64,000 nt of DNA from an uncultured bacterium (GTDB lineage: Bacteria; Verrucomicrobiota; Verrucomicrobiia; Limisphaerales; UBA8199), in contig CAVVMW010000018.1 of assembly GCA_963749495.1 (NCBI GenBank), forward strand, positions 32,001-96,000, in the 5' to 3' direction. Of this stretch, positions 61,776 to 64,000 are shown one piece after another (within the stretch, counting starts at the first letter, position 1; each line of letters opens with the position of its first letter). Both the position numbers and the translations under genes were made by a program. The notes beneath the pieces were generated by a model. The model was not told the DNA's origin. It saw nothing but the letters and a program-made list of their open reading frames with translations, and did not search any database.

Positions 61776-62101
61776 GGTTTAATGGTTCACAGTGATGGTC
61801 GTTTTCAAACGGATGCCGGCGGAAGAGCTTCCCGCGCGCAGTTCGACCTTTCCGCTTTCCAGGACGACAGAATGCCGATCCATGTCCCAACAGGCCAGTG
61901 ATTTCGCCGGCGAAGGGAGTTCGGCGAGCGGAGGCCCCGGTAAGCCGGCGCTCCTCGGAAAGCCACGGCCTGTAAGGCCGGGACCTTATGGCGCCCCTAA
62001 AAGGGCGTGCGCGCAAGGCAGAATTCTTCGCTGCCGCATAGCGGAACCGATGCCTTACACCGAGAACCTCGTTGACCCTCTGCCCGCCGCCGGTCTATTC
62101 A

Positions 62102-64000
62102 ATGCCCATGCGCGTATGCTCTGCTCGAAGGTTGTGGTGGTGGTTTCCCGGATTCCTCTGCCTGTTGGCAGGCATGATGGCGGCCTGGGCGGAGGAAGGC
62201 GGCGCGCTCCGGCCCTGGACAGAATACCGCACGATCATGTGGGTGGGGGACACCGCATACCGGCGGCCGGAGAAGCTGCCGCTGTTCTTCCAGCGCCTGC
62301 GCGAGATGGGCATCAACACCGCGATGGTCTATGGCGAAGGGGAGGCCCAGCCGCTGCTGGACAACCGGTTCCCCTATTATGTCGAGAACATGGTCAACCG
62401 CGGGCTCTGCCTCAAGTTCAACTCGAACGTCCGCGACTGGGACAAATGCGTCACCGAGTGGGCGCATTCCGGGCGGCCCGAGAGCGGCCTGGTGCGCGAT
62501 TATTGCCTGGACGACCCCCAGTGGCGGCAGTGGGCCCGGCAGCAGGTTCAGAAACTGGTCCGCAGGCACCTCGAGCATCAACCGCTGGCCTACAACATCC
62601 GCGACGAACTCTCGACCACCACCTCCGCCAATCCATTCGACTACGACTTCAATCCCATCGCCCTGGCCAAATTCCGCGAGTGGCTCAAGACCCAATACAC
62701 CGGCCTGGCCGCCCTCAACGCCCAATGGCAAACGCGCTTTGCGTCGTGGGACGACGTCAAGCCCTTCACGACGGACCAGGTCAAGAACCGCATGGGCAGC
62801 GGCGAGGCCCTGCCGCGCGGCACGGCCGATTGGCAGCAGGTGCAGGCGCTCAGGTTCGAGCCGGCCTCAGCCCGCCAATCTCTCACTCGCTGGAACTTCG
62901 CGCCCTGGGCCGATTTCCGGACCTATATGGACCTCTCGCTGGCCCGGACGTTGGCTGACCTCCGCCAGGCCGCCCACGATCTGGACCCCCGCACGCCCGT
63001 CGGCATCGAAGGCACCCAGATGCCCCATGCCTTCGGCGGCTACGACCTCTGGCGCCTGGCCCAGGCGCTCGATTGGGTCGAGCCCTACGACGTCGCCAAT
63101 GCCCGCGAAATCTTTGGCTCGTTCATGCCCGGCAAACCGGTGCTCACCACCGTCTTCGAATCGCTCACCAACCCTGCCCGCCGCCGGCTTTGGCACCTGC
63201 TGCTGGAGGGCGATCGCGGCTGCATCATCTGGTGGAGCGAGGACTGCCTCGAGTGGAACAACCCAGATTATCCGCTCACCGCCAAGGCCAAGGCCCTGGC
63301 CCCGGCCCTCCAGGAAATGACTTCGCCCCTGGCGCGGCTCTTCCTCCGCGCCCGCCCCGAGCGCGACCCCGTCTTTATCCATTACTCCCAGCCGTGCATC
63401 CAGGTGGATTGGCTGCTCGAATTGACCGTGGACGGCTCGACCTGGCTGCGGCGGTTCTCCAGCTTCGAGGCCGATCACAACCACCAGGCCGTCATCCGCG
63501 ACGGCTGGCTCAAGGCCTTCCAGGATTTGGGATACAGCCCCCAGTTCATCTCCTCGGAGCAAATCGAGAACGGCGCCCTCAACCGGCCGGGCGGCGCAGT
63601 GCTGGTGCTCCCGGCCTCATGGGCGCTCTCGGACAAGGAGGCCGCGGCGATTCGGGCATTCCTCACCCTCTCCCCATCCGATGGGGAGAGGGTGGCTGGC
63701 AGGCCGGGTGAGGGGAAGCCCCTGGAAGGTCCTTCCGCAAACGTTCCCCAGCGCGTTGCCTTCTATGATGGCACACCGGGCCTCTTCGACCAGCACGGCA
63801 CCCTTCGCCCGAAGAGCCCGCTCGAACCGTTGTTCCCTCTGGCGGCAGCCGATTCGGCGGGCTGCATCGCCCCCAATGGCGGCAGCGGACAAGTCCCGCC
63901 CCCCGGCGGCATCGCCCGCTATGCCGCCGAGCGTTTGAAAGCGCAGCCCGCCGCAGCCTGGCCGGATTGGATTGGCGCCCGGCTCAAGGAGATGCCGGGC
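62102..64000 (+). CDS. Secreted GH42/beta-galactosidase-like glycoside hydrolase, 3'-partial (absent from the ORF track because it has no stop in the window)
   Basis: Signal peptide; FREWLK..Y..LAALN..W.T.F.SWDDV; WADFR.YMD; trimerization-type LVLP...ALSD.EA.AI..F...PGLFD.HG. Confidence 0.8.
   Translation, partial: MPMRVCSARRLWWWFPGFLCLLAGMMAAWAEEGGALRPWTEYRTIMWVGDTAYRRPEKLPLFFQRLREMGINTAMVYGEGEAQPLLDNRFPYYVENMVNRGLCLKFNSNVRDWDKCVTEWAHSGRPESGLVRDYCLDDPQWRQWARQQVQKLVRRHLEHQPLAYNIRDELSTTTSANPFDYDFNPIALAKFREWLKTQYTGLAALNAQWQTRFASWDDVKPFTTDQVKNRMGSGEALPRGTADWQQVQALRFEPASARQSLTRWNFAPWADFRTYMDLSLARTLADLRQAAHDLDPRTPVGIEGTQMPHAFGGYDLWRLAQALDWVEPYDVANAREIFGSFMPGKPVLTTVFESLTNPARRRLWHLLLEGDRGCIIWWSEDCLEWNNPDYPLTAKAKALAPALQEMTSPLARLFLRARPERDPVFIHYSQPCIQVDWLLELTVDGSTWLRRFSSFEADHNHQAVIRDGWLKAFQDLGYSPQFISSEQIENGALNRPGGAVLVLPASWALSDKEAAAIRAFLTLSPSDGERVAGRPGEGKPLEGPSANVPQRVAFYDGTPGLFDQHGTLRPKSPLEPLFPLAAADSAGCIAPNGGSGQVPPPGGIARYAAERLKAQPAAAWPDWIGARLKEMPG

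Overview
High-GC bacterial chromosomal window. It is most likely Verrucomicrobiota (Pedosphaerales/Limisphaerales-like), inferred from the prepilin/H-X9-DG proteins, the CotH-lamin-tail and choice-of-anchor proteins, and the repeat families. It opens with housekeeping genes (iscS, a candidate oriC, dnaN, ubiD, trpB, a glmU-like gene, dinG, dusB). The middle holds four Uma2 endonuclease genes (two a diverged duplicate pair flanking a cargo of secreted proteins), an XRE regulator with an orphan DNA methyltransferase, an AraC-controlled sugar catabolism cluster and a CotH protein. The end holds a liv-type ABC transporter with paaK and iorAB, an IS1380 element with a passenger gene, a 190-bp MITE and a GH42-like gene that runs off the window. 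Intergenic spaces are crowded with several REP/MITE-like palindrome families. About a dozen single-base frameshifts, many in homopolymers and some in core genes, point to long-read indel errors. The most striking structure is a 3.3-kb four-gene large serine recombinase element (43379-46700) inserted at the centre of a REP hairpin whose empty copy is at 12351-12367. Rejoining the element's ends gives a symmetric attP and places an ATG in frame with its first gene (DUF5372-like), so that gene appears complete only in the excised circle. No rRNA, tRNA or CRISPR array was seen.
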